From Takakia lepidozioides (Eukaryota > Plantae > Bryophyta): a stretch of 64,000 nucleotides of DNA. Position 1 is the stretch's first letter. The number at the start of each line of letters is the position of its first letter. The position numbers and the translations under genes are program-made. Under the pieces are notes generated by a model. It saw only the letters and a list, made by a program, of their open reading frames with translations. It searched no databases and had not been told where the DNA came from. Positions 50,223-63,857 of this stretch are shown one piece after another. Location: assembly GCA_030704615.1 (NCBI GenBank), contig CM060733.1:47740001-47804000 (forward strand). The letters are read 5' to 3'.

Positions 50223-52228
50223 GAGTATGTTTGCTTGCTTCCCACCAACCCTGAATGCAACCTTAAATGATCTGAATGGAAACCCGTACCTTGAGCTTTA
50301 TGCCTGATTTGTGGAGGGTTATCTCTGCCCCCCTCCCCCCCAAACAATCCCTGAAAATAGCAATAGCACCTTCATGCCATTTGCGTTGGGTTGCCATAGC
50401 ACTGAGAAGTGAAATGCAATTGTGTATACAGAGAAGCTGTTCCCCAATGCTACAAACCGTGCACTAGAATTGAAGTTTGTCTGCGTGTGATCCCTATCAA
50501 ACCCCAAACATGTCTGATCATAGTGACAGATTAAAATGATACAATATTGGTTCAATGCACGACTTCTGATGGACAATAGGTGTCGGCTCTTGCTACCACA
50601 AATATAGGAATAAACTGCTTTATACACATACAGTGGGTATCTGAAAATTTGGATGGCCTGACATGTACCTCAATCTCGTTCTCTGAAATGGGTGTAAGAA
50701 TCTTGGGAGTTGTTCACACCAAATTCCACCTTCTGCACATTTTCATGACCCAGAAGTGAGGGCATGCACATTGTAGACGCTGTCATTAAGCATATGGCTT
50801 GAGAATGGAATTAAAAAAAAATCAAGTGCAGTCGACCGGATCTGACACCCTACACATCGTTGCCAAACACAGTTGGGTTATCTTGAAACCCAAATAAAAC
50901 TGGCAGCGACCGCCCGGGCGTCGATGGCACTACCCCAGGAAACATGGCGAAAGAAAAAACACCTACGACCCCCTCATGGTCGCTGTTAAACACCCCCAGT
51001 AAAATATTTGGGAACTACAATCGATGCCCAGGGAGTCGCGACTCGCTGGTAGTACCCCACACAAATATGAAAAAAAACAAAACAACAACAGCAAGCGACT
51101 TCCAAGGGGACGCTGTTAAACCGCGTAGAGACATATACCGACCCCCAGGGAGGCGCTGATAGCACCCCAAGAATATTTTACAAAAAAACTCACAGCGACC
51201 CCCCATGGGTCGCGGTTAATCAGCGTCGGTTATTGTTTAGGGACTTGAAGCGACCCCCAGGAAGGCGCTGATAGCACCCCAAAAAATACTTGCAAAAAAT
51301 CTGACAGCGACCCCTAGGGGGTTGCAGGTAACTGGCGTCAGGTTATTTTAATTGTATGGACTTGTAGCGACCCCCCTGAAGGCACTGATCGCACCCCAAA
51401 AAATATTTTGCAAAAATACTCATAGCGACCCCCCATGGGTTGCTGTTTAGCAGCGTCGAGTTATTGTTAGGAAGTTGAACCGACTCCCAGAAAGGCGCTG
51501 ATAGCACCCCCCAAAATATGGACAAAAAAATCTGACAGCGACGGCCTAGGGGTCGCTGTTAACAACGTCGGGTTATTGTTTAGGGACTTGAAGCGACCTC
51601 AGGAAAGCCCCAGGGAGTCACTAATAGAACCATTTCTGATTGCATATAATTTTAATGAATTTTAAATAAGTATTATGATTTAGAATATCTAGGATTGTGG
51701 ATTTGAGGGGCGTAATGATTTAATGTTTTGCTCTTTTTTGTTCTTTGAATTTAGACTTTGGACTACTACATCCATGCAAAGGATTGGACCAAAAAAACAA
51801 TGATTTTTTTTTTTTCTTTTTCTTTTTCTTGGGTCACTATTGCAGAACTCTCTATGAAGAGTGCATGAAGTTGAAGAGAACTTAATCTTGGAGTGCAAAT
51901 GAGGGAAGAAAATATGGTTTGGGTCCAGATGATTTTTTTTTGCTGCGAAATGTTTCACGCACATTGCACACGCTGTCATTAAGCATATGGCTGGAAAATG
52001 GAACAAAAAAAAAATCAGGTGCAGGCGAAACATAGTTTTCCGTCTGTACGACACGTAGTCACTTGAATGAACCATTGAATGACCTTGATTCAAGCTCATC
52101 TTTGGTCCACACACATGTGCTTAAGTATGTTCAAATCACCAATGCAAAGTCGCAAAAGATGAGCATCAAGAAGAAATATTCACATCAATTGGTTAATCAA
52201 ATGTATCCAAAGTGCATCATGACAATAT

Positions 52229-52412
52229 CTACAATGCCCTTCTACGCGATCCCGGTCTCAAAGCAACCCTAGTTCTGTCACATACATCCTACTCATGTTG
52301 TATCTGGAGGTCCCAAGCATCTCGCGAGAACTCGTGGGATGCAAATAGCTCGGTGCCAGCCCTAATAGTCATACTAGCACATGTCATCACAAACATGTGC
52401 ATCCCCTCATAG
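52229..52412 (-). pseudogene. C-terminal fragment of SET gene, element-1 type
   Basis: EGMHMFVMTCASMTIRAGTELFASHEFSRDAWDLQIQHE*...RRRAL*. Nucleotide match to 17038-17216, continuing into sequence matching 17216-17760. Confidence 0.85.
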
Positions 52413-52629
52413 TATGGGGATAAATGGAGGCTAAACTGGAGTGCAAGTACTTCAAAACCATATTGACTAACCAAAAAGACGTCTATCACTATGATATACA
52501 ACAATTTGCAACTGTTCTTGTCATATTGGCAAATTGTTGTACATCATGGTGGGAGACATTCTCTTGGTTGGTCAATTTGGTTCCGAAGTAGTTGCCATGT
52601 TCGCCTTGTAACAATGTGCCGCGTAGGTA

Positions 52630-55600
52630 CTACATCATGTCATCGGGAGGGACATCATCTTCCTCATCAAGCTCCAACTCCTGTCTATTGTCCTCATCGA
52701 AGTCATTATATTGACCCCTCTCAAGAGAGTCCTGATCAGAAGCCGAATCATCATCCATATATTCATATGGCTCTTGCACGACGGGAGGGTCAATAGGAGG
52801 CGGCACAATAGGATCTTTCTCTTCTTGTACATCCTCATTGTTATCGTCATCCTCATCCTCGTCATTATCCTCATCATCATCCTCGTCTTTGACCTCCTCC
52901 TCCTCCTCCGGCGCAATATTCGCATCAACCACTTGATCTCCTCCAACATTGTTCAAGGTAGTGTCTTCAATTGCCTCTATCCACGAAGCATCATCTCCCG
53001 CATCCGCATCGGCCACCTGATCGGCCACCTCGTCCACCTCGGTCGCTTCGGCCACTTCGGCCGCATCACCACCCCATCCCTCGCCATGGTAAATGCGTCT
53101 GAGCCCTCTTGGCCTAGCATGCACAACCGCCTTCCAATTTCCCGATCTAGTCTTGTCTTTGGAAAAAAAGACTTGTTCCATGTCCTTCGGCCATGCAAAT
53201 GGTTCATGGAGATGCGTGTAGAGGCGTGATCCGTGGAAGTGTTGACCCGCATGACGCCACACTCGTCAGGCAAGAGGGTTGCATTCGGGCCTGCAATGTG
53301 GGGTTGGAACCACCTCCCCTTGAAAAGAATATGGCGATGGTGATCATACTCGAGTTGCAAAATGGCATCAAGCTCCCCAATATATTCAAGCTTGCTTCTC
53401 TCGGGTCAAATGTCCCTTGTGCTTGACATGGAGTCTTGCCAATATGTTGCACACAAATCGGAGTCAAATGTGGTCTTCCGACGCATGTCAAGAGAACGGA
53501 TGCGGAAATGACGACCATGAATCCAAATTGAGGAGAATGAAATGGCATATTGAGATGGGCCCCCTCTCGCAAGCTCTTGCACTAAAGGCGGCACCACCTC
53601 GCCCGCGGCCATCGCAGCCTGAACTCCACTCCGGAGCCAATGGCGAAATGGTCTCAATGGCTGCATCTCCATGGGCAAATCACGCGCCCCCGATGGGGCC
53701 GAGCTCATGGATCCGCGCCGTCCTCGTGAGGCTCGCAATTCCCTCGCACGTGTGCGTCTCCAGTACCCTTGTACTTGCAAAATGTTGTGGTAGTCATGAG
53801 ACTTCAAACCATGGATAGTGGTGGCATCCTCAAATTTGTTGTGTAGAGATGCGTCATACCCGGTCGGGGTCCGGATAGCTTGTATTGTGGTCCGCACTTG
53901 CTTGTATTCCTCCTTTGTCCAAGTCCAAGTTGGCGCCCTATACTTCCACTTGGGAGCATTGTTCATGTCCACACCATCAGCTTCAGGCCATAGTCGTGGT
54001 ATACGGTTTTGGGCTTGGAGCTCTCGCCTCATACCAAGGGAATCACCGCCGCGTTTCTTCTTCCCCCCCGTTAAGTTTGTCAGTACACGAATAAGTGATG
54101 AACACACATTCTTCTCAATATGCATGGGATCAAGGAGGTGCCGGATTTTCAGATCCCGCGCATCATGAAATTTCCATGTAATTTGTCATAAACCTAGAAC
54201 TCGGTGCAATTTCATATGAATATGTCATGACATTCAATGAAATATGTATGGTCCAATGCATTTCGGACTTGTACCTCCCAATAAGGCAACTCGTAGAAGA
54301 TTGAGAGCCGGGACATGCCACACCTCTTGAGCCGGCGTTTTTTATCCAACACCTCTTGCCACTGGGCTTTCGAAAATGACCCAGGGGGACGCACGGGTGG
54401 AGGTCTCCTCTCTGCAGTCCCATCAAATAATTTCTTGCCTCTCGTTCTCCATGGATGGTTGAGAGGAAGAAATTTCCGGTAGTTGGGATAGATCATTTTC
54501 ACGACGTTCTTCGAATGCTTTGCATCAAGGTTATCCGGCCCACAACATGAACATGTTGTGTACCCCTTTGTGCTTAGTCCCAAACAAACTGAAAGCCCTG
54601 CACAAAACCATGAATTTAGTTGGGATTTAACATTCGTCGCCTCATATAATTTCAATGAACCGAGCAAAAACATGAATTGCTAAAGAAAAATCATGACGAG
54701 CACATATAAACACATGATATACGGTAGAATATATATATTATAGGTAATATCAAATTAAAATGTACCTGGATAGTCATGCATTGTCCATAGCAAAAGCCCT
54801 CGCAAGAGAAAAGAACATTGGCCAGTGGGTGCCGATGCATCATAAGCTGGAACTCCATTCCATAACATATTGAGTTCGTCAACCAATGGACGCAGATACA
54901 CATCCATATTCGCAACTTGTTTTTCCCCTACAACTCAGATTATTTGCAATATATGTAAGATCGTTTCAAATTCAAACAGAACAAATGATATTCTTAGTTC
55001 CATATATATTCGACATTGTACTACCACGTACATCCTAAAGCAACAAAAAAGAGTTGTGTTATTCACCTGGCACAATGGCAGCCAACATGATTTGACCCTT
55101 CTTGATAGCAAGATAAGGAGGGATGTTTAGTTAACCAAAGTCACAGGCCATGTTGAATGGCTACTTGACTGGACTGAATGTGGGTTTACAACATCCGCGG
55201 AGAAGCCGAGCCGAACATATCTTGGATCGTCCTTCAAAAAAGACCATTGTTCCTCGGTGTGTTTCCATGCCGGCGAATCATGAGGGCCACACATCTTTCC
55301 GGGAGGGCTCCAATGCTCCGCATGCCACTTCATGAGTTGGGCAAATGATGGACTCTGAAATTGTGCTTTCAAGCGCGGGATGACTGGAAAATAATGCATT
55401 TTCTAACCTCCCCCACAAACACAACAAATATATCAATATTTATTTTCCGTCATTTGGATCCACATATTGTACGTAAGAGAGGGTATATATTTGCAAAGGT
55501 TTGTATGGAATATTTGTAAAGTCTACATTAGTTGAAGGATTCATATAACCTATATGCATACCCTAATAGCATCGGAATGATACAACCTCTTAAACCCTAC

Positions 55601-56302
55601 ACCCTAAAATGATACATTAGTTGGTGGACACATGTATATATGTATATAAATATAGAGAACATTAGAGAAACGTACCTTTTGTGGGATCTTCTTTCCTTGA
55701 ACATCATCTCGGTATCTAGATTTTTTTTGCACTTGGGACACGTAGTAGCACGTGCATGCTCTCCATGGTACAAGGTGCAATCACAAGGACATGCATGGAA
55801 AATTTTGTAGCCCATCCCCACTGTGTCTAGAACTTGTCTTGCCTCTTTTCGAGAACGTGAATTTTATGCTCCAAATGGGGGGCGAGGATGTGGTCCGCAA
55901 TTGTGCACATGATTGCAGACATGCCAATGTTGCTTATGCCGAACCGGGATTGCAAATTAAGCAACAACAGTATAGTGGAAAGTCGACTCACTTTTGCTCC
56001 TTTATACAAGGGTGTTTTTGCCTCGGCTTCCATTGGATTTGGGTCGGCATCTTCATCCAATGTGGCCGAGCGAGCCATATCCTCCCCAATTTGTTGTCCC
56101 TCCCCCAAGTGGTTCATTAACAAATCCTCCATGGCTCTCACATCGTCACTGTCCATATTGTGTTCATTTTTCATCTCGTCACCGTCTTGCGCAATATGGT
56201 CGTCTGGGCCTTGTTCTCCGCGGCCAATACCAGTATTGTTGTCCACCTCGGCCTACGTGCCCCTTAGAGGTTCGCTGACCTCATTTGCTCTTGTACTTGG
56301 AT
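52630..56302 (-). pseudogene. CACTA transposase, multi-exon, DUF4218 region deleted at about 53775
   Basis: PLYKGAKVSRLS, FHACPCD, MHYFPVIPRL, STWPV, MHIEKNV, GLKSHDYHNILQ joined directly to downstream sequence, LFKGRWFQPH. Intron positions match element 1. Confidence 0.93.
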
Positions 56303-56477
56303 CTATAAATACATTCACAATTCATTTAATATACAATGGTTGGGAATTGCTTCATTTGCATCCAAAAAATATATGTACATTTGCACATTCAGCCTAAAAC
56401 CTAAACCCTAATCACCAATCCCTACCGGTGCCACAATAGGGCCACGATATGTGTACATGACTAATCACCATCTCCTA

Positions 56478-57100
56478 CTACAAGTTTCCTCGGCGGCCGC
56501 GGGAGTGACGTTTGTAACGTTTGTCAAACTCGCTCCACTCCAGATGGACTCTCTCATCCCAAGCCTTATAAGAGAACTCATAAGAGGCGAAAAACTATGA
56601 ACCAGTGGGAATCGTAGTACATGCACATGTCATAACAAAATTTGATATCGATTGTGCTAGCCTAACATCCCCGTCATGTCGCTCATCCCACAATATATTG
56701 GTCATTTTAGGGTTACCAATTGAACTATTGATGAACCCTGCAACATTCCCGAACACATCGGGATCTCCGTCACATATGACCCTTGTTCCAGGGTCCAACA
56801 CCCGATTGAAGACATCGAGGTCATTGACACAAAGACCATAAGGTCTTACCCAATGGGCTACCCGTCGCATTTGCGTCTAGTGGAACCACATGTAGTATGG
56901 GCCAAAGTAGGGAAATAAGTCCACTGTCTGCCCTCTCCCCTGGAGGAACCACAATATCCTCCATTGCAAATAGCCCACGACCCATGGAAGGGTTGGTGGC
57001 GGCTTTCACACATCAATATGCCGACCCCAAAACTGAAATGGTTGGCTTTGAGGAATGGGGACCGGAGGCACTAGTGCACGCCAAAGGCTAGGCCTGAATG
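56478..57100 (-). pseudogene. SET-domain gene of CACTA element 2
   Basis: VKAATNPSMGRGLFAMEDIVVPPG...DLFPYFGPYY...YGLCVND...ICDGDPDVFGNVAGFINSSIGNPKMTNILW...FVMTCACTTIPTGS*FFASYEF...RRGNL*. Confidence 0.8.
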
Positions 57101-57409
57101 GTGTCTGCAACATCGTCCTATACTCCTTGTCAGTAACCCTAGGATCATTGGGCCGTCGTACCTCATTGTTTTTCTAGAAGTATAAAAACCTATAATCTTC
57201 AATGGCTAGGTGTCATATTGAAAGTTTTTTGTAAACTCTAATTTTTAGTTTTTCATAATTTCTCTAAATAATATACTAAAATGTTTAATGAATTATATCT
57301 TTAATATTTGGGGTAGTACTCTTTACTAAATATGTTCAGTATACCATTATCTATCACTAAAAAAATATTTTGGGATAGTATCCTCTATTTTATTTTATTT
57401 TTGTCATGG

Positions 57410-60268
57410 AGCAGGATTTGCCGTTTTTGGTCCACTCAACCCTGCAACTGCCCAGCATTGTAAGTTGTGCAAAGAGTACAAAGATGCCAAATCAATGGCG
57501 GAGGCGAATACATTGTTCCACACAATTCGTGCCTGGTGGTTCTCTTCAGGAGCAGCATTGCTTGAGAGTATGAGAGCGTTGGAAGATTGGTTGGCGTTTT
57601 GGCACTTCCGGTACAGATACTGGGGAACATCCATGACAACGGTACGTCTCTAGTATTGCATGCATTTTCCATCTCGTTCCGTGTTGTAGATCTGCATTTG
57701 CTTCGGTGGTGTTATAACCTCTTTGGTGTTCTGAAGTGTGTTTTCCACTTTGCAGAAGATGTCCATTGAGGAAATGACAGACATGCCATCTTGCAATTTG
57801 GCAGAAATAGTGCACAACGCATGGTTGCAACAGTCCAGGAAACGAGGTCGGGATTTGTATGTGGCAACAACAGATGATCTCACACGTGCACTCCAACAAC
57901 AAACCAGATATCGTGACTTCTTGAGAGGAGGCATTGGTGGGAAGGGTCCGGACAAACAAGAGTTGATGTTGCATGCTGCAAACAGATCAGGGGATCCAAA
58001 CAAGATAGCACGGGCGTTGGATATGTATTCCAAGGGAACACCTCTTATGTCTAGAGTTCCACATCTAGAAGGGGAGGAGAGATTCGGCTCCTGCAAGAGA
58101 AAATTGAACACCTGTCCTGGTTCGGATTTTGATTCGCATAGGGCAGACCGTGATAACTTCTCCACGCCTCGTGTTCCTAGACTACATGAGAGATATATAT
58201 GCGGACCATCCCTTCTTGAGGAACTTGCGATAGGACGGCGGACTCTAATATATTCCAACCCCATTGCAATGATGCAAGAGAGAAATTTGCTCCCTGAAAT
58301 TGTGGAGTCCATGTGCCCCGACCAAATTTGGCACATAGAGCGCACAACTGCAGGGTCTCGTGTCAAATGTACGGCGATCAGGGCAACCAATTTTGACAAA
58401 TGCACTTCTTCCATATCCAGAGGTGGTGCCCGCACTCCAACTCCAACTTTCACTAGTTTGATGCGCCGTATGGGCAGCCAGAAGCCAAGAACCACAAGTT
58501 CTAGTTTTGTGCAAACGATTGTAGGAGATGTGTGCATGGAACTATGCGACCTTCCGTGGTGATGAAGCCAAGTCCACCAGCTGTTTGGCCCGTGAAGTTG
58601 GGAACAAATCTCACAAATCAGGAGATTGCAATACTGAAAGAGGCAGGATTTTCCCTTGCAAGACAACCCTGTGTGCATGCATTTGCTTCCAGTTCTGGGA
58701 GTACAAGGGTCCCTCTGCTAGATGTTCATTTGTGGCCAACAAAACGAAATGGAAAGCTTGTTCGGCGTTTCCCACTTCGGCAAGGTATGAAGCCAAGTCC
58801 ACCAGCTGTTTGGCCCGTGAAGTTGGGAACAAATCTCACAAATCAGGAGATTGCAATACTGAAAGAGGCAGGATTTTCCCTTGCAAGACAACCCTGTGTG
58901 CATGCATTTGCTTCCAGTTCTGGGAGTACAAGGGTCCCTCTGCTAGATGTTCATTTGTGGCCAACAAAACGAAATGGAAAGCTTGTTCGGCGTTTCCCAC
59001 TTCGGCAAGGTAGAGTCCGCTAGAATGCTCCAAGCTCGTGTTTCCAGCACGATGGAGGTGCCCGATCCTAGGTATGGTCGGGTGTACACAATGATCACCT
59101 CGACATCTGTTGTTCACGATAGGGCGTACGACATCACTATTTCCAATTTTCCCAAATTGCACTTGTCCTGATTTTGTTGGGATGCTATCAACCAGTTTGG
59201 GCAAGAGAGGTAAATTCGTACCCTACAAACATTTGTACTTCATCTTTGTGAAGAGGATGGTTTGTGATCCCAAACGTGACAACTTCATTCACCAGGCGAC
59301 AATGAGTTTCAACGAGATCAATACTCTCTTGCAACGAGATATAAGCACATAGGTAGATGACTTGCTGTTTCTGGAATGTGGTGAATGTTCAATCCGGTAT
59401 TGCAAATCTGAATTCAGGTTGGTTTCAAGTGTGAGTATGCAAAGGGTACAACCATTATGCGTAATGTGTAGTTGGAACATTGTCACTATAAAACATTTCA
59501 ATTCAATAGAAGCATTCGTGAGGTTGTTGAATGATATGACAGGCCTTCTCCCTCCATTATGCTTCCAATTGTATTATATGTGTGCTCTCTTTGGCAATTT
59601 TATGGAGCTCATGCATCATTGGTCCTGTGGATGTCTACATGTGTTTCTTTCCAATGTTATTCAAATTGTCAATGTTATTTGGGGAGAGTCAGGGTGTTCC
59701 TATGTCGTCATGTACGCCACTGAATTTGTGAGGTTAGTTTGTCGTCCTAGTAATTGTAATTGTCAAAATTACAGTATTAATCTCACTTATTCTGGAATGG
59801 ACGCCACAGTTGTGGGCTTATTTCCCATTTCGGATGTTCCATGGTAGTTTTCATATTATTCACCAAACTACTGCCCAAGTTAATCCCACGGTCATAGGAC
59901 CCTGGGAATAGGTTCCTTATGTTTCCGTTGACGTGGCGGATGCTGACGTGGTGCCACCTCAGCACCCAACTCCATGTCAGCTTGTTGACATCAGGCTCAC
60001 GCCACGTCAGCAGGACTGTGGGTTCACGAATCAGCAGGCGTGAGCGTATGCTCACGCCACGTCACCAATGTGTAAGCGTACGCTCACGCATTCACGTGCA
60101 AGGCTCACGCTGTTGCGTCATTGGCCGGCCGGATGATGTGCAGACAAATTGCAATGTGCTTGAGCAAGGGATCAAGGATTTTTTTTGTCGGAAGACAATA
60201 TGATTGATGAATATGAGGACCTCATTGCAGATGCCGGCACACTTGATGAGGCTTGCAATCAGTTTTCT
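57410..60268 (+). mobile_element. 3' part of a Mutator-like element with SWIM-finger transposase
   Basis: Spliced ORF with WLAFWHFR...W, CNLAEIVHNAW (resembles the MULE catalytic-Glu motif), and SWIM YDITISNFP.CTCPDF...(C>Y)KHLYFIF, ending TAG 59352. CCACGT/ACGTGG-rich terminal region at 59870-60268 ends ...GCAATCAGTTTTCT. Confidence 0.6.
58562..59011 (+). repeat. 225-bp in-frame tandem duplication
   Basis: ATGAAGCCAAGTCCACCAGC...CGGCAAGGT at 58562-58786 and 58787-59011; no differences seen by eye. Confidence 0.95.
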
Positions 60269-60404
60269 TTTAACTCACTTTGCATACTAAAACCTGCAAT
60301 TTTGCAACAGAATATTTAATTTATTTGTGAAATCAAGTATGCACTTCTAAATTCAATTAAAGATATTAATAATTTAATGATTGTTTTAATTCTAATTTTA
60401 ATTC

Positions 60405-60622
60405 TTCATATCCGGGTTGATATCCAGCTGATACTATGATTGGAATATCCATCCTATTGATACCCCTCCACAAATAAAAAATCATGCTACTATTAAGGAC
60501 CGGCGGATATTAAAATTAAGTGAATCTTCCAATACTATGGAGCCGGCTGGTATTGAAAAATAATTTTTTTTCAATACCAGAACCCCGATGGTATTTAAAA
60601 AAGTAATACCCGCCCAACACTG
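60405..60622. mobile_element. Right end of a hAT element related to the 1416-1789 MITE
   Basis: TIR ATACCCGCCCAACACTG ending at 60622 plus CCGGCGGATAT/ATCCGG subterminal motifs; left end not found. Confidence 0.6.
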
Positions 60623-60875
60623 GTCTGAACCTAAAAAAAATTGGCCATTGACAATTTGACACGCTCACCCCCTCACCTACTCACCGCCGCTCATCCCCCA
60701 TCAACCATCTACAGATCATATTGTATTCTACGTTGGCAACAGTATAATGTCGTGGAAGAAAATCCATTTGCGGGGGTGATGGTTCCTAGGCTTGGGCAAT
60801 ACGCCTAGTCTACATAACTACCAAGTTGTTTGTCTAAGTATGAGTATGTTTTGGCAACACTTAGCAAATAGAACA

Positions 60876-63857
60876 ATGGATTCCCAGCCGTCTGTGCTTT
60901 TCATGAGCTGCCTCTTTCTTCTTGTACTACTACGAGCCAACTCATCGGGTGCCACCAACAACTATAGCCATGGGACAAGACGCACATTTGTGTTGGATGC
61001 TTCAATACCTAGAGAGCTGGTTGAGATCAATGCCACCCAACACGGTGTATCCCTTGCACTCACCCACGTCGACTCACCCCACTCCCCTTTGAGGCCCGCT
61101 CATTGTCGCAAAGACGATGAGGCGTGCGTGCGTGCAGCTAGGAGGGCTCGGCACAATGCTGTAGCGTTGGGCTCTTCCACACGCAACAAGTTTCCTGGCC
61201 GAAACCTGAAACAAGATGCTTTTCTCTCCACGATCCGGCCAGAAATAACGTACGGTTCGCAATTAGAATATTTTACAACCATCAAAGTGGGCTCCAATGT
61301 AGGACAAACCTCCCAATACGTCCTCTTAGACACCGGCACCGACTTCACTTGGATCCAAGCCTACCCATGTGATGTGAGTACATCTGCCTCATTCAATATT
61401 TTTGGAAAATGCATCATGTTTGACATGAATTAGAGAATAAATATGGTTTGACGAGAGTGTACACACTTTTTCCAGGGATTGTGTAAAGACAAATATGATG
61501 GCATGACATTTTGTTTTGGTTGTGCAGTTTTGTCAACCACAAACATCACCTGGTTATTCACCTTGGACCTCGTATACTTCAAGAAATATTTTGTGCTGTG
61601 ACGTCGAATGTTTGAAGTTATATGCAAATGGCGACTTTCACGGTTGTGATGAACATAATAATGATAATTGTTTATACAAAATTTTGTATAACGACCGGTT
61701 GCACTCGCAAGCAGTCAACGATCAATACAGCTTGGGTCGACTTGCTACTGAAACCATAGTATTGATGAATCAAAATGGACGCCAAGTCACCATTCCAAGT
61801 ATACATGTTTGGTGACTCTTCTTGTTTTGAAATGCTTTTGGGCATGTAACATTTTTATCCATTGTTAGATTGAAAAATGTGATACAAAAAACAATAGGAA
61901 TTTTGTAAGAACTTAATGCACATGTGCAATCTGACCATTCATGCGCCAGATGTAGGCAACGTAAGCTCCTCCAGCGGGCCCTCTTATAGATTCTCCGTAG
62001 GGGCGCACTTACCCAAACATCACTATTAAATACTTTAGAATGAAAGAGGTTGGTAAGTAGTGGTGAGTAGCCCATGGGTAAGGTTTGGTGATGGGGTGGA
62101 GGTTGTGGGATGGTGTCAACCCCCTACGTCTCGTGTAACTCCTCTTAGTGCATTGTATATTTAGCCAAATTTGGACAGTCCAATTGCGAAGCCAAGTGGG
62201 AGTTATTCCAAGTAGTCTTTACACTCCTTTCAGTGTCACCGATTGGAGTTACATTCCCTTCTATGTAACCCAATTGACCGTTATCCCAACTTATGTTCAA
62301 TATCACTCTCGAGAGCCGTAAAAAAGATTTGATATGCTAGAAATTGACTTAGCGTCATGTCAAACAATCACACATATGCTGCTAAGTTCTTACATTATTC
62401 CTAGTATTCGTCAGTTGATATCATTTGTACTGTTGTTTGTTTTTCAGAGGTTATGATGGGATTCGGGCAAGAACAAACACTATCCATGAATATGTTGGCT
62501 GCCGGCATCTTGGGCCTTGGAGGTGGAGGGAAATCTGAGTTCTCCATGCCAGCCCAATTCGTCCTTCATGGTGGACCACTAATGACCAATCAATTCTCCT
62601 ATTGTTTGCCAAAACCCCAGAGTCATCACAACGGATTATTGATCTTTGGTTCCCCGTCGATAATCTCATGTACGTTCAATTTTTCCTCTTTTGAAGTTGC
62701 CAAATTGTTTTGGAGATCATGAATCTTATATACATATTTTTCATTTCCTTTAAGTGTATATTTGAAACAAGCATCGACCAACAAACCATGGTCCAAATAT
62801 TAGGGCATCAGTCCGTCTTTACAAGTGGTCATGTGTTCAGATCCACATAGGTGCATGTTGGATATCACATATTATGGCCAATTTAGCTGCAAAAGGGGTT
62901 ACCTGGATCGATGAGTAGAAAGCATTATGTATGGATATGTGGGGATTTAATTTGAGTCCTAGCTAGGGAGGGGAGTGCAACTGCATTGCCTTGTTTTCGG
63001 CCATTAGAAGATGTCAACTTTCCAAACTGAAGGCAATAGTCACCCGGGTGAAGCCCGACACCAGAAGTTGCGCTTGCTTTGACAAGAGTCTTTCTTCTTT
63101 ATCTCACAGATATATTACGAGTCACATTTTTGTCATGAAAAGTATGTAAAAAGGACATTCCACATTAGGATTTTGACTCAAACTTCTTTTGGGGCCATAA
63201 TTTTATTTTATACAATATATATATATATATAAGACGTTATCTTAACAATATTCTTTTCCACAATACATTGCAGTTCCTGACGCCACCTTTGTGCAAATGC
63301 CGGATGGAGGGGTTTATGGAATGAGTACATATTATGTTCCTCTCACAAGAATTCTAGTGGATGACCAAGAAGTGCCTAATATGCCTCTTTACATCTTTGA
63401 CATCGACGGGGAAGGTGAAGGAGGTGTGATAATTGACACCGGCACTAAATACACAACCCTCACTACAGAAGCATATTTGCCATTTAGGGCTGCATTTATT
63501 GATGCAGCATCACGAATGGGGAATGGGCCTCTAGGCCCGCCTCACGATGTCATCCAGACATACCAGTACTTTGACACGTGTTGGGATGTGGATCCTGACC
63601 TGCATTTTCCCGACTTTCCAGTAGTGACATTTGTGTTTAACGACGTTGAAACAACTTTGAACTGGAGATTGAGTCTAGAACAAACTATGTTCTATGAAGG
63701 AGACCCTGAATTAGACACAATACTCATGTGTTTAGCTTTTAGCTGTCGTAGTCAGCATCAAGCGAGTTTTCTTGGCGCTTGGCAACAACAAAATATGCAA
63801 GTTCTGCTCAATTTGCCTCAGAATGAAATTGGAATTTCTCCAAATCGTTGCCTATAA
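60876..63857 (+). CDS. Secreted A1-family aspartic protease (nepenthesin/CDR1-like, TAXi_N/TAXi_C); exons 60876-61373, 61528-61798, 62448-62669, 63274-63857
   Basis: Hydrophobic signal peptide, LTHVDSPHSP prodomain motif, EYFTTIKVG...LDTGTDFTWIQ, GILGLG, QFSYCL, YYVPL, IIDTGTKYTTL, FLGAWQQQNM. All three GT-AG introns splice in frame (phases 0, 1, 1). Confidence 0.93.

Larger units (their letters stand above)
50850..57110 (-). mobile_element. CACTA element 2 (divergent family), termini not found; SET gene plus transposase
   Basis: Transposase exons at 52630-56302, SET region at 56478-57100, and a GCGAC/GTCGC subterminal array at 50900-51620 that includes about four ~115-bp tandem units. Confidence 0.85.

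Noticed and set aside
51120-51620. CRISPR-like repeat array
   Set aside because: Eukaryotic context, whole units repeat with no unique spacers, and no cas genes; these are CACTA subterminal repeats.
1416-60622. One giant hAT element spanning the matching TIRs at 1416 and 60622
   Set aside because: The flanks differ (GTATAATC vs GTCTGAAC), and the left TIR already pairs with an end at 1789 that has a 7/8 TSD.
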